A stretch of 59,349 nucleotides of DNA, from the NCBI GenBank assembly GCA_910587225.1, contig CAJULT010000004.1, positions 1-59,349 on the forward strand, written 5' to 3'. Origin of the DNA: an uncultured Christensenellaceae bacterium (GTDB taxonomy: Bacteria; Bacillota; Clostridia; Christensenellales; UBA1242). Shown here one piece after another: positions 16,437 to 27,100 of the stretch. The notes under the pieces were generated by a model. It did no database searches and was not told where the DNA came from. It saw nothing but the letters and a program-made list of their open reading frames with translations. The position numbers were made by a program, and so were the translations under genes. Within the stretch, counting starts at the first letter, position 1, and the number at the start of each line of letters is the position of its first letter.

Positions 16437-16523
16437 ATGAAAAGGCGATTTGTGTTTGTAATAGGTTTTGTTATGCTTTTTGTAGTAGTCTATTTTTTAA
16501 CCTGCTTTGCGCCTAAGCTTTAA
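16437..16523 (+). CDS. possible 28-aa hydrophobic peptide
   Basis: AAGGAAGG Shine-Dalgarno 4 nt before the ATG. It translates to MKRRFVFVIGFVMLFVVVYFLTCFAPKL, and its stop overlaps the uvrA stop convergently. Too short to be confident. Confidence 0.3.
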   Translation: MKRRFVFVIGFVMLFVVVYFLTCFAPKL

Positions 16524-19354
16524 TTTTTTAAAACGCTTCGCAGGAAGTGTCCAGTATGGCTTGACGAAACAAGACTAACTTGTTCGGGCGTGCCTTCTGC
16601 AACAATAGTTCCGCCGCCGCTACCGCCTTCTGGGCCCAGGTCAATAATATGGTCAGCACATTTTATGACGTCAAGGTTATGCTCAATAACTACGACCGTA
16701 TTGCCACCGTCGACAAGACGGTTTAAAATTTGAATAAGCTTTTTAATGTCGTACATATGAAGACCAGTTGTAGGTTCGTCTAATAGATAAATAGTTTTAC
16801 CAGTTGATTTGCGAGATAATTCGCTCGCAAGTTTTACGCGCTGCGCCTCGCCGCCTGAAAGCGTGGTTGCTGATTGCCCTAGTTTTATATATCCAAGCCC
16901 GACATCATATAGCGCCTGTACTTTCGCTTTTATAGTAGGCACATTTTCAAAAAAGCTTAGCGCTTCCTCGACTGTCATTTCAAGCACATCTGCTATTGTC
17001 TTGCCTTTATACTTAACTTCAAGCGTTTCATGATTATAACGCTTTCCTTTACATACTTCGCATGGCACGCTTATATCTGGCAGGAAATACATTTCAATCT
17101 CTTTAATTCCTGCACCCTCGCAGGCGTCACAGCGTCCGCCTTTAATATTGAAACTAAATCTCCCTGATTTGTAACCTCTTGCCCTTGCATCAGGTGTTGC
17201 AGCAAATAACTCGCGAATAGGTGTAAACAAGCCAACATAAGTTGCAGGATTAGAACGCGGCGTTCTGCCGATAGGCGACTGGTCAATGCAGATGACCTTA
17301 TCAAGTAGGCTTGCATTTTCAATCTTAGAAAATTTTCCATTTTCAAGTTTGCTGCCATTAAGAACATTAGAAAGGTATGGATATATAATTTCGTTGACAA
17401 GACTGCTCTTTCCGCTGCCCGACACTCCGGTAACCGCAGTAAATACTCCAAGCGGTATATTAACATCTATTTCTCTAAGGTTGTTCTCTGCCGCACCTTT
17501 TACTTTCAGATAGCTATTACTTTTTCTTCTTTCTTTCGGCACTTCAATCTTTTCTTCGCCTGTCAAAAACTTGGCTGTTATTGACTCTTTATTTTTTAAG
17601 ATGTCTTCAAAAGTTCCATTGCCTATAATCTCTCCGCCATGCACTCCGGCATAAGGCCCAACGTCAACTACCCAGTCAGCCGCGCGGATGGTGTCCTCGT
17701 CATGCTCAACAACGATAAGCGTGTTTCCTAGGTCACGCAAGTGCTTCATTGTCCCAATCAAGCGTTCATTATCCCTTTGATGGAGACCAATACTTGGCTC
17801 ATCCAAGATGTATAAAACGCCACTCAGCCCGCTACCTATTTGGGTTGCAAGTCTAATTCGCTGTGCCTCACCACCTGACAAAGTTTCAGCGCTGCGTGAT
17901 AAAGTTAGATAATCAAGCCCTACATCCAAGAGGAATTTAAGACGGGCATTTATCTCTTTCAGAATGCTTTGAGCTATGTTTGCCTGCGACTTATTAAGTT
18001 TTAAATTTTGGAAGTATGGAACAAGCTCACCAACGCTCATATCACAAATCTCGGCAATATCTTTTTTATCAATCTTGATTGAAAGCGCACTTTCGTTTAG
18101 TCTACGACCGCCGCAAACTCTGCAAGTTTGCTCACGCGCAAACTTGCTTATTTCAAATCGAATAAAGTCACTCTTTGTTTCAGTAAGTCTTCTTTTTAAG
18201 TTATTTAAAATTCCCTCAAAAGATAATGCTTTCTTACCGTTATAATGCTCAAAAGTCTTGTTTTGCTTTTCGTTTCCGTATATATCAAGCCGTTCACCAC
18301 CATTTCCGTAAAGCAATATGTCTAAATGTTTACGTGGCAATTTATTCACTGGCATATCCAAATCAATGTTGTATTTATTTGAAAGCGCATTGAAATATCT
18401 AGAAGACAAACTACCCTCTTCCATACGCCAGCCAGTTATATCAAACGCACCTTCTTTAATTGACAGGTGACCATTTTTAAGTATAAGCCCTTCATCAATA
18501 TCTGTCACTACTCCAAGTCCCGAACAATGCTCACACGCACCAAACGGCGAATTGAAAGAAAACATTCTCGGCGTAACTTCTTCGAGCGTCCACCCACAAT
18601 CTGGGCAGGCATAATTGGTTGAAAAAAGGTCAACCTGTTCATCCTGCTCAACTTGGCAAAGCCCCTCGCCTAGTTTCAAGGCGGTCTCCAAGCTATCGTT
18701 TAAGCGCGTTCTTGCACTTTCTTTTAAAACAATCCTGTCAATAACCGCGCTGATATCATGCTTTAAATTTTTGTCAAGGTTGATTTCCTCATCTAGCGTG
18801 TAAATATTCCCGTCAACTTTAACGCGAGCATAGCCCGACTTTTTAAGGCTTTCAAATGTCTTAACAAACGCACCTTTCTGACCACGCGCTATCGGCGCCA
18901 TAATAGTGAGCTTGCTACCCTCGCCTCTCTCAAATATAGTTTCAATAATTTGATCTATTGTCTGTTGCGCAATAGGCTTGTGACAATGTGGACAATACGG
19001 CACACCAATTCGCGCAAACAAAAGTCTGAGATAGTCATATATCTCAGTTACCGTTCCCACTGTTGAACGCGGGTTATGGTTTGTAGTTTTTTGGTCAATA
19101 GAGATTGCAGGAGAAAGCCCGTCGATAGACTCCACATCCGGCTTTTGAGCCTGCCCCAAAAACATACGCGCATAGGAAGAAAGACTTTCAATGTATCGCC
19201 TTTGCCCTTCCGCAAAAATTGTACCAAACGCGAGCGAACTTTTTCCCGAACCGCTCACCCCAGTAAAAACCACCAGCTTGTTTTTAGGAATTTCCAAGCT
19301 GACATTTTTAAGATTATTTTCTTTTGCCCCTGTAATTAAAATCGAATTTTTCAT
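16520..19354 (-). CDS. uvrA: excinuclease ABC subunit A
   Basis: Two ABC ATPase modules (GVSGSGKSS twice; LSGGEAQR twice) and zinc-finger CxxC pairs. The start is set at MKNSILITGAKENNLKN (19354), 50 nt after the uvrB stop. Confidence 0.95.
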   Translation of the reverse strand: MKNSILITGAKENNLKNVSLEIPKNKLVVFTGVSGSGKSSLAFGTIFAEGQRRYIESLSSYARMFLGQAQKPDVESIDGLSPAISIDQKTTNHNPRSTVGTVTEIYDYLRLLFARIGVPYCPHCHKPIAQQTIDQIIETIFERGEGSKLTIMAPIARGQKGAFVKTFESLKKSGYARVKVDGNIYTLDEEINLDKNLKHDISAVIDRIVLKESARTRLNDSLETALKLGEGLCQVEQDEQVDLFSTNYACPDCGWTLEEVTPRMFSFNSPFGACEHCSGLGVVTDIDEGLILKNGHLSIKEGAFDITGWRMEEGSLSSRYFNALSNKYNIDLDMPVNKLPRKHLDILLYGNGGERLDIYGNEKQNKTFEHYNGKKALSFEGILNNLKRRLTETKSDFIRFEISKFAREQTCRVCGGRRLNESALSIKIDKKDIAEICDMSVGELVPYFQNLKLNKSQANIAQSILKEINARLKFLLDVGLDYLTLSRSAETLSGGEAQRIRLATQIGSGLSGVLYILDEPSIGLHQRDNERLIGTMKHLRDLGNTLIVVEHDEDTIRAADWVVDVGPYAGVHGGEIIGNGTFEDILKNKESITAKFLTGEEKIEVPKERRKSNSYLKVKGAAENNLREIDVNIPLGVFTAVTGVSGSGKSSLVNEIIYPYLSNVLNGSKLENGKFSKIENASLLDKVICIDQSPIGRTPRSNPATYVGLFTPIRELFAATPDARARGYKSGRFSFNIKGGRCDACEGAGIKEIEMYFLPDISVPCEVCKGKRYNHETLEVKYKGKTIADVLEMTVEEALSFFENVPTIKAKVQALYDVGLGYIKLGQSATTLSGGEAQRVKLASELSRKSTGKTIYLLDEPTTGLHMYDIKKLIQILNRLVDGGNTVVVIEHNLDVIKCADHIIDLGPEGGSGGGTIVAEGTPEQVSLVSSSHTGHFLRSVLKN

Positions 19355-19404
19355 AACACAATTATACCACTCTTTTTGTCTTTGTAAAAGTAAAAAACGC
19401 AAGC

Positions 19405-21378
19405 TTAACTGCGTTTTTTAAATTTGCTTTTTTCGAGTTTCTTTTTGAGTGCGGAAATCTGATTGCGAAGTTCCATAGCCCGCTCAAAGTCAAGACTGTT
19501 TGCAGCAATTTTCATCATGGCGGTAAGCTTCTCAATCTGAGCAGGGATCTGCTCAACTGCCAATTTTTCATCCTTAACCTTTTGTGAAATTTCAAGCGTA
19601 TTGTTTATCTCTTTGATAATGGTCTTAGGGACAATGCCATGTTCTTTATTATATTTTTCTTGAATTTGCCTGCGGCGCTCGGTTTCATCAATTGCTCTTT
19701 TCATGCTATCAGTAATTTCATCGGCAAACATGATAACTCTTCCGTTTGCATTTCTTGCCGCCCTGCCTATTGTTTGAACAAGCGCCCCTTCCGACCTTAA
19801 AAAACCTTCCTTGTCAGCGTCAAGTATGCAGACAAGTTCCACCTCTGGCATATCAAGCCCCTCTCGAAGAAGATTGATTCCAACAAGCACATCAAACTCG
19901 CCAGCACGAAGACCATTGACAATTTCAACACGCTCCATAGTGTCAATTTCGCTGTGCATATATTTCGCTTTAAAGTTTCGCTCCAAAAGATAGTTGGTTA
20001 AACTCTCTGCCATTTTCTTAGTTAAGGTAGTTACAAGTACCCTTGCGTTTTTGGCAGTTACCTTTTTAATCTCTTCCATTAAAACTTCTATTTGATTTTC
20101 GATAGGCTTAATTTCAATCTTTGGATCGAGTAGCCCAGTTGGTCTAATAACCTGTTCAACCACTTGCCCAGCTCTACCAAGCTCATACTTTGCAGGCGTT
20201 GCTGAAACATACACTACTTGTCCAAGTTTGCTATTAAACTCGTCAAAGGTGAGCGGACGATTATCTTTCGCCGCCTCCAATCTAAAACCATAATCTACAA
20301 GCGATGCTTTACGCGCCTTATCACCATTAAACATTGCTCTAACCTGAGGCAACGTCATATGGCTTTCATCAATGATAGTTAAAAAGTCTTTTGGGAAATA
20401 GTCAATAAGAGTGTATGGTGCTTCTCCCGGACTGCGTCCATCAAAATAGCGAGAATAGTTTTCAATCCCACTGCAAAAGCCAACCTCTCTCATCATTTCA
20501 ATATCGTAAGCAACTCGCTGTCCTATTCTCTCTGCTTCAATAAGTTTGCCCTGACTTTCAAAATCCTTGACAGCAATTTGTCTATCTTGTTCAATCTCTT
20601 CAAGCGCACTTTTTAATCTATCAGACCCTACCGCATAATGAGTGGCAGGATAAATTGCAACATGTTTAAGTTCATTTATAAGGTTTCCGCTGACTGGCTC
20701 AAACTCATAAATATGTTCAACTTCATCTCCGAAAAATTGAATGCGCACCGCCATTTCACTTTGAGACGACGGAAACACATCAACTGTATCACCCTTAACT
20801 CTAAAAGTCGAGCGCTTAAAGTCAATATCATTACGCATGTACTGAATGCCTACAAGCTGGGCTAGCAGTTCGTCACGATCAATTACATCGCCAGGTCGCA
20901 ATGAGATATGAAGATTGTAATATTCGTTAGGGTTTCCAAGACCATAAATGCAAGAAACAGACGCAACAATTATTACATCTTTTCGCTCGAGAATTGAACT
21001 TGTCGCGCTGGAACGAAGCTTGTCAATTTCCTCGTTGATTGACATATCCTTTTCAATATATGTATCGCTTGAAACTATGTACGCTTCAGGCTGATAGTAG
21101 TCGTAATAGGAAACGAAATATTCCACACGATTGTTGGGGAAAAACTCACGAAACTCGTTACAAAGCTGCGCCGCTAACGTTTTATTGTGAGCAATTACAA
21201 GGGTTGGTTTATTAACTTTTTGTATAATATTCGCCATGGTAAAAGTCTTGCCGCTACCTGTGACGCCAAGAAGTACTTGTTCTTTAAGTCCATCTTCTAT
21301 ACCTTCCACAAGTTTGTCTATCGCTTGCGGTTGATCCCCAGCTGGACTGTATTTTGATTGCAGATCAAACTTATCCAT
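19405..21378 (-). CDS. uvrB: excinuclease ABC subunit B
   Basis: [30 protein letters not shown]..., helicase motifs, and a C-terminal UVR domain ([13 protein letters not shown]). The ATG at 21378 has AAAGG 6 nt upstream. The alternative ATG at 21384 overlaps the upstream stop (ATGA). Confidence 0.95.
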   Translation of the reverse strand: MDKFDLQSKYSPAGDQPQAIDKLVEGIEDGLKEQVLLGVTGSGKTFTMANIIQKVNKPTLVIAHNKTLAAQLCNEFREFFPNNRVEYFVSYYDYYQPEAYIVSSDTYIEKDMSINEEIDKLRSSATSSILERKDVIIVASVSCIYGLGNPNEYYNLHISLRPGDVIDRDELLAQLVGIQYMRNDIDFKRSTFRVKGDTVDVFPSSQSEMAVRIQFFGDEVEHIYEFEPVSGNLINELKHVAIYPATHYAVGSDRLKSALEEIEQDRQIAVKDFESQGKLIEAERIGQRVAYDIEMMREVGFCSGIENYSRYFDGRSPGEAPYTLIDYFPKDFLTIIDESHMTLPQVRAMFNGDKARKASLVDYGFRLEAAKDNRPLTFDEFNSKLGQVVYVSATPAKYELGRAGQVVEQVIRPTGLLDPKIEIKPIENQIEVLMEEIKKVTAKNARVLVTTLTKKMAESLTNYLLERNFKAKYMHSEIDTMERVEIVNGLRAGEFDVLVGINLLREGLDMPEVELVCILDADKEGFLRSEGALVQTIGRAARNANGRVIMFADEITDSMKRAIDETERRRQIQEKYNKEHGIVPKTIIKEINNTLEISQKVKDEKLAVEQIPAQIEKLTAMMKIAANSLDFERAMELRNQISALKKKLEKSKFKKRS

Positions 21379-21380
21379 TT

Positions 21381-21743
21381 TCATCCTTTAAAAATAGCTT
21401 TAAGAAGCAGTCCAAAGACAAAACTGACTGTGGCGAGAAGCATGCTTCTCAGCACCAAAAGCCCTAGCGTTTTTCGTTGCTTACGGGTGTCTATCAGATA
21501 GGTCTGCCCTTTTTTCTTCAGTGTTACACAATAAAAGTAACCATCACGCCCGTCCGATACCACAAAATCAATGTAGTTTTCGAGCGCAAGCTGTGCCATA
21601 ACTTCATCCAGTTCAGCAACGGATAGCACGCATCTTTTTGAAATCGCCTCTGCAATTTGACTGGGGGAAATCAGAGATGTCTTTCGCCCACTACAAACTT
21701 TGCAAAGGTAACTCATCACCAGTTTTTCTTTGCGTTCAAACAT
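21381..21743 (-). CDS. membrane-anchored winged-helix-like protein (paralog of 22974-23330)
   Basis: 120 aa with an N-terminal wHTH-like region and a C-terminal TM helix ([22 protein letters not shown]). It aligns by eye with the 22974-23330 product. AAAGGAG Shine-Dalgarno. Confidence 0.6.
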   Translation of the reverse strand: MFERKEKLVMSYLCKVCSGRKTSLISPSQIAEAISKRCVLSVAELDEVMAQLALENYIDFVVSDGRDGYFYCVTLKKKGQTYLIDTRKQRKTLGLLVLRSMLLATVSFVFGLLLKAIFKG

Positions 21744-21831
21744 TGACGGCTCCTTTTTTCAAGATATTATTCCCGAAACTTTAACCATCTATGCCTAAGA
21801 TAAGTATAATACAAATTTTATTAATTGCAAA

Positions 21832-21856
21832 CAAAAAAGTGGCAATGCCACTTTTA
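21832..21856 (-). terminator. rho-independent terminator after the 21868-22860 gene
   Basis: AGTGGC-AAT-GCCACT stem-loop (21838-21852) with A/T runs on both sides. Confidence 0.6.
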
Positions 21857-21867
21857 TTTTAATCCTG

Positions 21868-22860
21868 TTAGCCTTCATCTTCTGAGTTGTCAGCTTGAAA
21901 CTGCTGGCAGTCATCGCTTGTAAAAATTAACTCTTGACCGCCCTTTAATATACTAGCCTGTTTTTTCTGCAACCTTGCCTTTCTTTGCTCAGTAGCCGTT
22001 AACGAATTTTGTGGAAAATGCATATCAAATTCTTCCTGTCCCATGATTTCTTTAATAATTTTACTAAGCTTTTTATCATTCTGTAAAAGGTCATTTGCTT
22101 GCAAAAATTCAATAAACTCACCACTGAATTGTAACTTTGAAAGACTTAGTCCAACATGTTCTGCGTTTCCGCAGCTCTTGTCCGCTTCGTCGTAAATAGA
22201 TGGCGGAATAAGATAACCGGCAAGAACGGTAAACCTTTTAGGTGAAAATTCTTTCATTTCGTTAAGCGCAGAAATGTTGTATTTGTGCTTAGCATATTGC
22301 GGCTCCAAATCCTTTGCCTTTTGCTCAAAATGATTCATAACATCCCTTGCTTCCATCAAATCCTTTCTTCCATAACCCTTGTCTACAATCCTGTCAGTTT
22401 CATCTTCATTATTAGGATCATTCCACTTTTTGTAGGCAGCTTGATATTCCACATTGTGAGCAAGATCTGCTCCTTCTAACGCGGCAGCATCTTCAGCTAA
22501 ATGTGCAAGTATTTCATCCTTGTTGAAATAATGACAACTCTGCATAGCGTATGCATACATCTTTTTGTCGTCCCAGTCACGAAGACCTATTTTCATCTTG
22601 CGAAGAAGGTATAACATAGCCTGTTTTTCAGCATTGTAAATTATGTCTTCTATATTGCTACTGAAGCAGTGGCTGTCAAAAATCATTTCTAAAATTTTAG
22701 CTGCTTGCACATTAAAGTTATCTTCTTGATGTCCACCATAACGAGCTTCGTAAGCATTAACCCATTGATTGTTTATGGCATTATAAAGCGGTCTTAAATC
22801 CAAGTCTTTATCGTTTCTTACAAAAAATCTAATTGCAAACTCTACGTTATTCTTGTTCAC
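21868..22860 (-). CDS. hypothetical protein (330 aa, predicted cytosolic, acidic C-terminus)
   Basis: Long ORF with an AGGAGGG Shine-Dalgarno. No recognisable motif. Confidence 0.7.
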   Translation of the reverse strand: MNKNNVEFAIRFFVRNDKDLDLRPLYNAINNQWVNAYEARYGGHQEDNFNVQAAKILEMIFDSHCFSSNIEDIIYNAEKQAMLYLLRKMKIGLRDWDDKKMYAYAMQSCHYFNKDEILAHLAEDAAALEGADLAHNVEYQAAYKKWNDPNNEDETDRIVDKGYGRKDLMEARDVMNHFEQKAKDLEPQYAKHKYNISALNEMKEFSPKRFTVLAGYLIPPSIYDEADKSCGNAEHVGLSLSKLQFSGEFIEFLQANDLLQNDKKLSKIIKEIMGQEEFDMHFPQNSLTATEQRKARLQKKQASILKGGQELIFTSDDCQQFQADNSEDEG

Positions 22861-22973
22861 ATGCCCTCCTGTCTATAATTATATATTAACCTATTTTGTC
22901 GAAAAAGTCAATACAGCCTTGAAATATTGCAAAAAAAGTTATACGGGAGCTGCATTTTGGTAAAAATTTTCAT

Positions 22974-23330
22974 ATGTTGGATATAAAGTCGAAACTTGTT
23001 TTGAAAATCTTGATAAAGGAATGCAACGGCGGCTCTTATAAAATTGTAGAGTCCAGCGACATTATTGCTGCCCTTCCCGCGCGTTATCAAGTCGATAGCG
23101 ATGGCCTTGATAACATACTTTCCTATCTTGAACGACAAGACTATATCTCTATTAAATATGACGATGACGGGGTGTATTGCCTTTGCGTTCTGCCCAGCGG
23201 CTACGAAATAATGGAAGAAGAGGGCAAAAAGAAAAGAGGTAAAAACCCCTCTTATCTTTTTTATTACTTAACTCCACTTTTTGCTTTGCTCGGTGCTTTC
23301 GCAGGTGCAATGCTTGCAAAGTTAATTTAA
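22974..23330 (+). CDS. membrane-anchored winged-helix-like protein (paralog of 21381-21743)
   Basis: 118 aa with the same architecture: K-KLV..L.K.C.G...I..A...LD...L....YI....DG.Y, then a basic stretch and a C-terminal TM helix. There is no Shine-Dalgarno, and a TGGTAAAAA element lies just upstream of the ATG. Confidence 0.55.
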   Translation: MLDIKSKLVLKILIKECNGGSYKIVESSDIIAALPARYQVDSDGLDNILSYLERQDYISIKYDDDGVYCLCVLPSGYEIMEEEGKKKRGKNPSYLFYYLTPLFALLGAFAGAMLAKLI

Positions 23331-24041
23331 TCCCTCATCCGAAGTAAAGAACCTATCCATTCTTCCGCTCTCAATGCTGTAGATTCCGTCTATACCCACT
23401 ACATAGTGATCCATGAAACGCACACCTAGTGATTGAAAGAGGAATTTTATGTTGGTCGTTGCTTCTAAGTCTTGTTGGGATGGTTTTGCACGACCTCCCG
23501 GATGATTGTGTACTAGAAATACAAAGGCTGGATTGGTAGCGTTGATAAACTTTGTTATCTCTCTTTGGCTTATTCCTACCATACTTATGCTACCTTTGGC
23601 AAGTAGCCTTGCGGAGATTAATCTGAAACCTATATCTAAGGCGACTATGTATAGCTCTTCTGTTATCTTTATTCTTACAAGGTCTTCTACAAAGTCTAGA
23701 AGATCTATTGTATCATTCAGACATGGTCTTTCTTCATACGTGCTTTGCATGTAGTAATCAAATATCTCAGGAAATTTAGTTATCAGCGCTGCTGCGCGTT
23801 TACCTATTCCCCTTACCATCATCATGTCTTGAGGATCAGCGTTGAACACGCCGGCTACATTGCCATATCTGTCAAGTAGCCTATGTGCTAACGGATTAGT
23901 GTCACCTCTGGGAAAAACATACGTCAGGATAAACTCTAATGCTTGAACTTTACTTACATTACTAAGTCCTGCATTATCAACTAGCTCCAAGAGCCTTCCT
24001 CTATGCCCTTCGTGTATGTTCTTCTCATCTGTGTATTTCAT
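23322..24041 (-). CDS. radC: RadC-like JAB/MPN-domain protein
   Basis: HNHPGG (JAMM motif context VFLVHNHPGGRAKPSQQD), an N-terminal HhH-like region, and an AAAGGAGAAAACAA Shine-Dalgarno. Confidence 0.85.
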   Translation of the reverse strand: MKYTDEKNIHEGHRGRLLELVDNAGLSNVSKVQALEFILTYVFPRGDTNPLAHRLLDRYGNVAGVFNADPQDMMMVRGIGKRAAALITKFPEIFDYYMQSTYEERPCLNDTIDLLDFVEDLVRIKITEELYIVALDIGFRLISARLLAKGSISMVGISQREITKFINATNPAFVFLVHNHPGGRAKPSQQDLEATTNIKFLFQSLGVRFMDHYVVGIDGIYSIESGRMDRFFTSDEGLN

Positions 24042-24108
24042 TTGTTTTCTCCTTTTAGTTTAGATATTGCTACGCAATTTTTACTCATAACCATGCCGTA
24101 ACTTTTGA

Positions 24109-27100
24109 CTAACGCTTCATGTAAGCATTACATGCAGCAACGGTTGCTTGCATAGTTTTTAGGAAGTTAATCCATGCCTCTTCATGACATTCCCACACCA
24201 ATTTTCCGTTTGAGAAAGTCAAACGAATGTCCGCATCTTGAAAGCCACTCCATCGGTCTTTAACAAACGCCCCGATAGTAATTAACGCAAATCCATTATT
24301 CCCTTTTGCACCATTTTGTGAGCTTAACGCTCTAAATGTACCGCTATTTTCATTATTAACTTGTCCATTAGAGCCTTTCATAGGCACAACGTTTTCGTTT
24401 GGCTTAGGCAGTTTGTTTGTCCATTTGCGCTCATTCAACTTTTTCTGCACATTCTCAACTCGAGCCTCCATATTAATCCATCCTGATCCGTTATACTTAT
24501 CCCAGACATTCTGAAGTTCATCAGGCGTTACAATGTTTTCCGCATTTGCGCCGTCCTTTCCAGCTCCGCCGGAGCCGCCAACTCCTACAAAAGCATAGCC
24601 ACTTTTATCGTTTGATTGAAGAGTAATTCCACCTCCGCTAATACCAGCCGCTCCTCGCCATTTGGCTCTTTCTCCATTTCCAGCCATCAAAACAGCTTCA
24701 TTCTTTAGCGCGCTAGCATTAGCGACCAATTTATTATTTTCTTTCTCTGCTGCCACATATATATCAAAGACATTTATATCAGAACTATTCGCACTTCTAT
24801 CTTTTTCATAAATGCTTGCATAGTTGGTGATATTTTGCACTGTACCACTAGATAAAGTAACCATTACTCCTGATGCTTTATTGCCTGCAGTTACTCCATT
24901 AATTGATCCAAAAGTGTTAACTTTGTATAAAGTACCACTAGCATTTTCTGCCAAGATACTATAATTATAATTCTTATATTCGTACCAAATGTCAAATTGT
25001 GGTTTCTTAATAATAACATTACCTAAGAAGTCAACGTACTGGAATCCTCCAGTAATAGGTCTTGTATGTTTAATTGCCCTATATCTGCTTGCATCTAAGA
25101 CACCTACAACTTTTATATCCGAAAAATCTCCATTTATTTTTCTAAATAAAGAATTGAATATATTTACTGTGTTATTTCTAGAAACATAACTTAATGTATA
25201 TCCATTGCCATAAACATTATTGGACGCAACTATAGTATTTGAGCCAGTTAAGATACCTAGATTTATATTTCTATTTAATATAACTCCGGTTGTGGTAACG
25301 CTAGTGTTGTCCTCAATGTGAATTGTTAGCTCTGGTGTACCCTTCCAAGTCTCGCTTAATATATATGTATCATTCCCTTCTTGAATATATTTAGGTTTCT
25401 CTATCCCATATATTTCTGGACCTTCTATGTTAGGTTTGACAGGATTTTTACTAGGCTCATACCACTGCATCACATCATCTTCTTCTGTATTTGGCAATGA
25501 CACGTCTATCTCCTTCTCATATGATGCTTCGATGTCACTAACACTTACTTCTAGCTCTTTGCCAGTATAGTTTTTCAGATAATAAATTATTTCATCATTT
25601 CGCTCTTCTTTTTCTATCACTATTTCGCCTGCAATAAAATCTCCGTCATTAAACGTTATCGTTTGTCCGTCTACACTGACGACTGAATGGGTGTGAATCG
25701 TCTTGTTACCACTTGCATCCATGGTTGCTAGTAGAATATCCTTATAATACCAAACAGTATTAGAATCTTCTATTTTCACATCAAAAGATTTTTCAATATT
25801 ACCATCCAACCATTCTTTATAATACGAGCCATCAATGTTAATAGTAAATTTAATATTCTCACCAACAATAGCAGCATTAATTATTATTCCATCAGTCTTT
25901 GAATCTTTAGAAAGTTCTAAATGATCTTCGTTATCATAATCTGGGGTATCTTTTAAGACAATTATTTTTGAACCAAAACTGCTTGCACATGATATGGTAT
26001 CACTTATATTTAGATCTAAATTTAACTCTTCATTTCCCTTCCTGCTATAAATTACTCCATTAATATTTTCTAAAATATCATACTTGCTGTCATCATATGC
26101 GTTTTTACTTACTACATTAACATTTACTTTATCGCCTATATTTACTGTTAATATGAAGGTTTGTCTAGCGTAACTTTTTCCATCTCTCGTGTAGGCAACA
26201 TATTTATCACCTATTTTTGCTAATCCAACATTAGAATCATTTAATTTAGGTCTAATAACAACAGATGTCGCCCAAGACGCACCCGATATTTCAGCCTGAA
26301 TATTAGGATTTTTTGTATCCGCAGTAATAACTCTTTCCGCCGTTATTTTTGATATTTCTGTTTCAAAACTCAATTTTCTATCCAACGTGAATTCTGGAAT
26401 GCTACAACTTGAAGTCTGTTTAATTATGGCAATTCTATTGTAATATTTATTAATAAGTTCTTTTGCAAATTCGGCGCCAGTACCATCTTCACTTAATGCG
26501 CCTGACATTATCAATGTTTTTTCTTTGCTATATCCAAACAATGTCATGTGCACATGTTTAGAAGCCGCGTATGTCCACTCTTGAACACAAGGCACCCACT
26601 GCAAATTCTCATCTAGGAAACCATAAGGTTCGTATCTCCAATTATCTGGAAGTCCGTAATCGGCAAAATCAAACTTTCCATTTTCATAGCTCCCTAAAAC
26701 TGCTTCAATTTCATCATGGTCACCATAAACAACAATAAGTGCACTACCTGTAACATCTTTCAAATCAATTTCATAACTTAGTCCGTTTTTATCGATTGCA
26801 GATTTATTTCCATAGCCCGTTGTGGCGGTACCAACTTCAATATATCCGGAACCACTTGCATTGTTACCACTAAAGGTTGCACTATTTGCTGGTGCATTCG
26901 GGTTAGTTAATGGTGCACTCGCGATAGTTGTCGTAAAAGAATGTGTTCCTTCATACTTATACTTGGTACTAATTGTTGCATCATCGAAATCTTTTATATC
27001 TAACTTATAATCATTCTCAAAAACATTGAGTATTCCTCTTTCTGATTGCAATTTCGGAATATACATTAAACAATTTTTATCTTTGCTATAACCCAGATAA

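Noticed and set aside
21744-21867. LexA (SOS) box upstream of the wHTH-uvrB-uvrA operon
   Set aside because: No CGAAC-N4-GTTCG-like dyad is present. Only CGAAACTTTAAC was found, and it does not fit the consensus.
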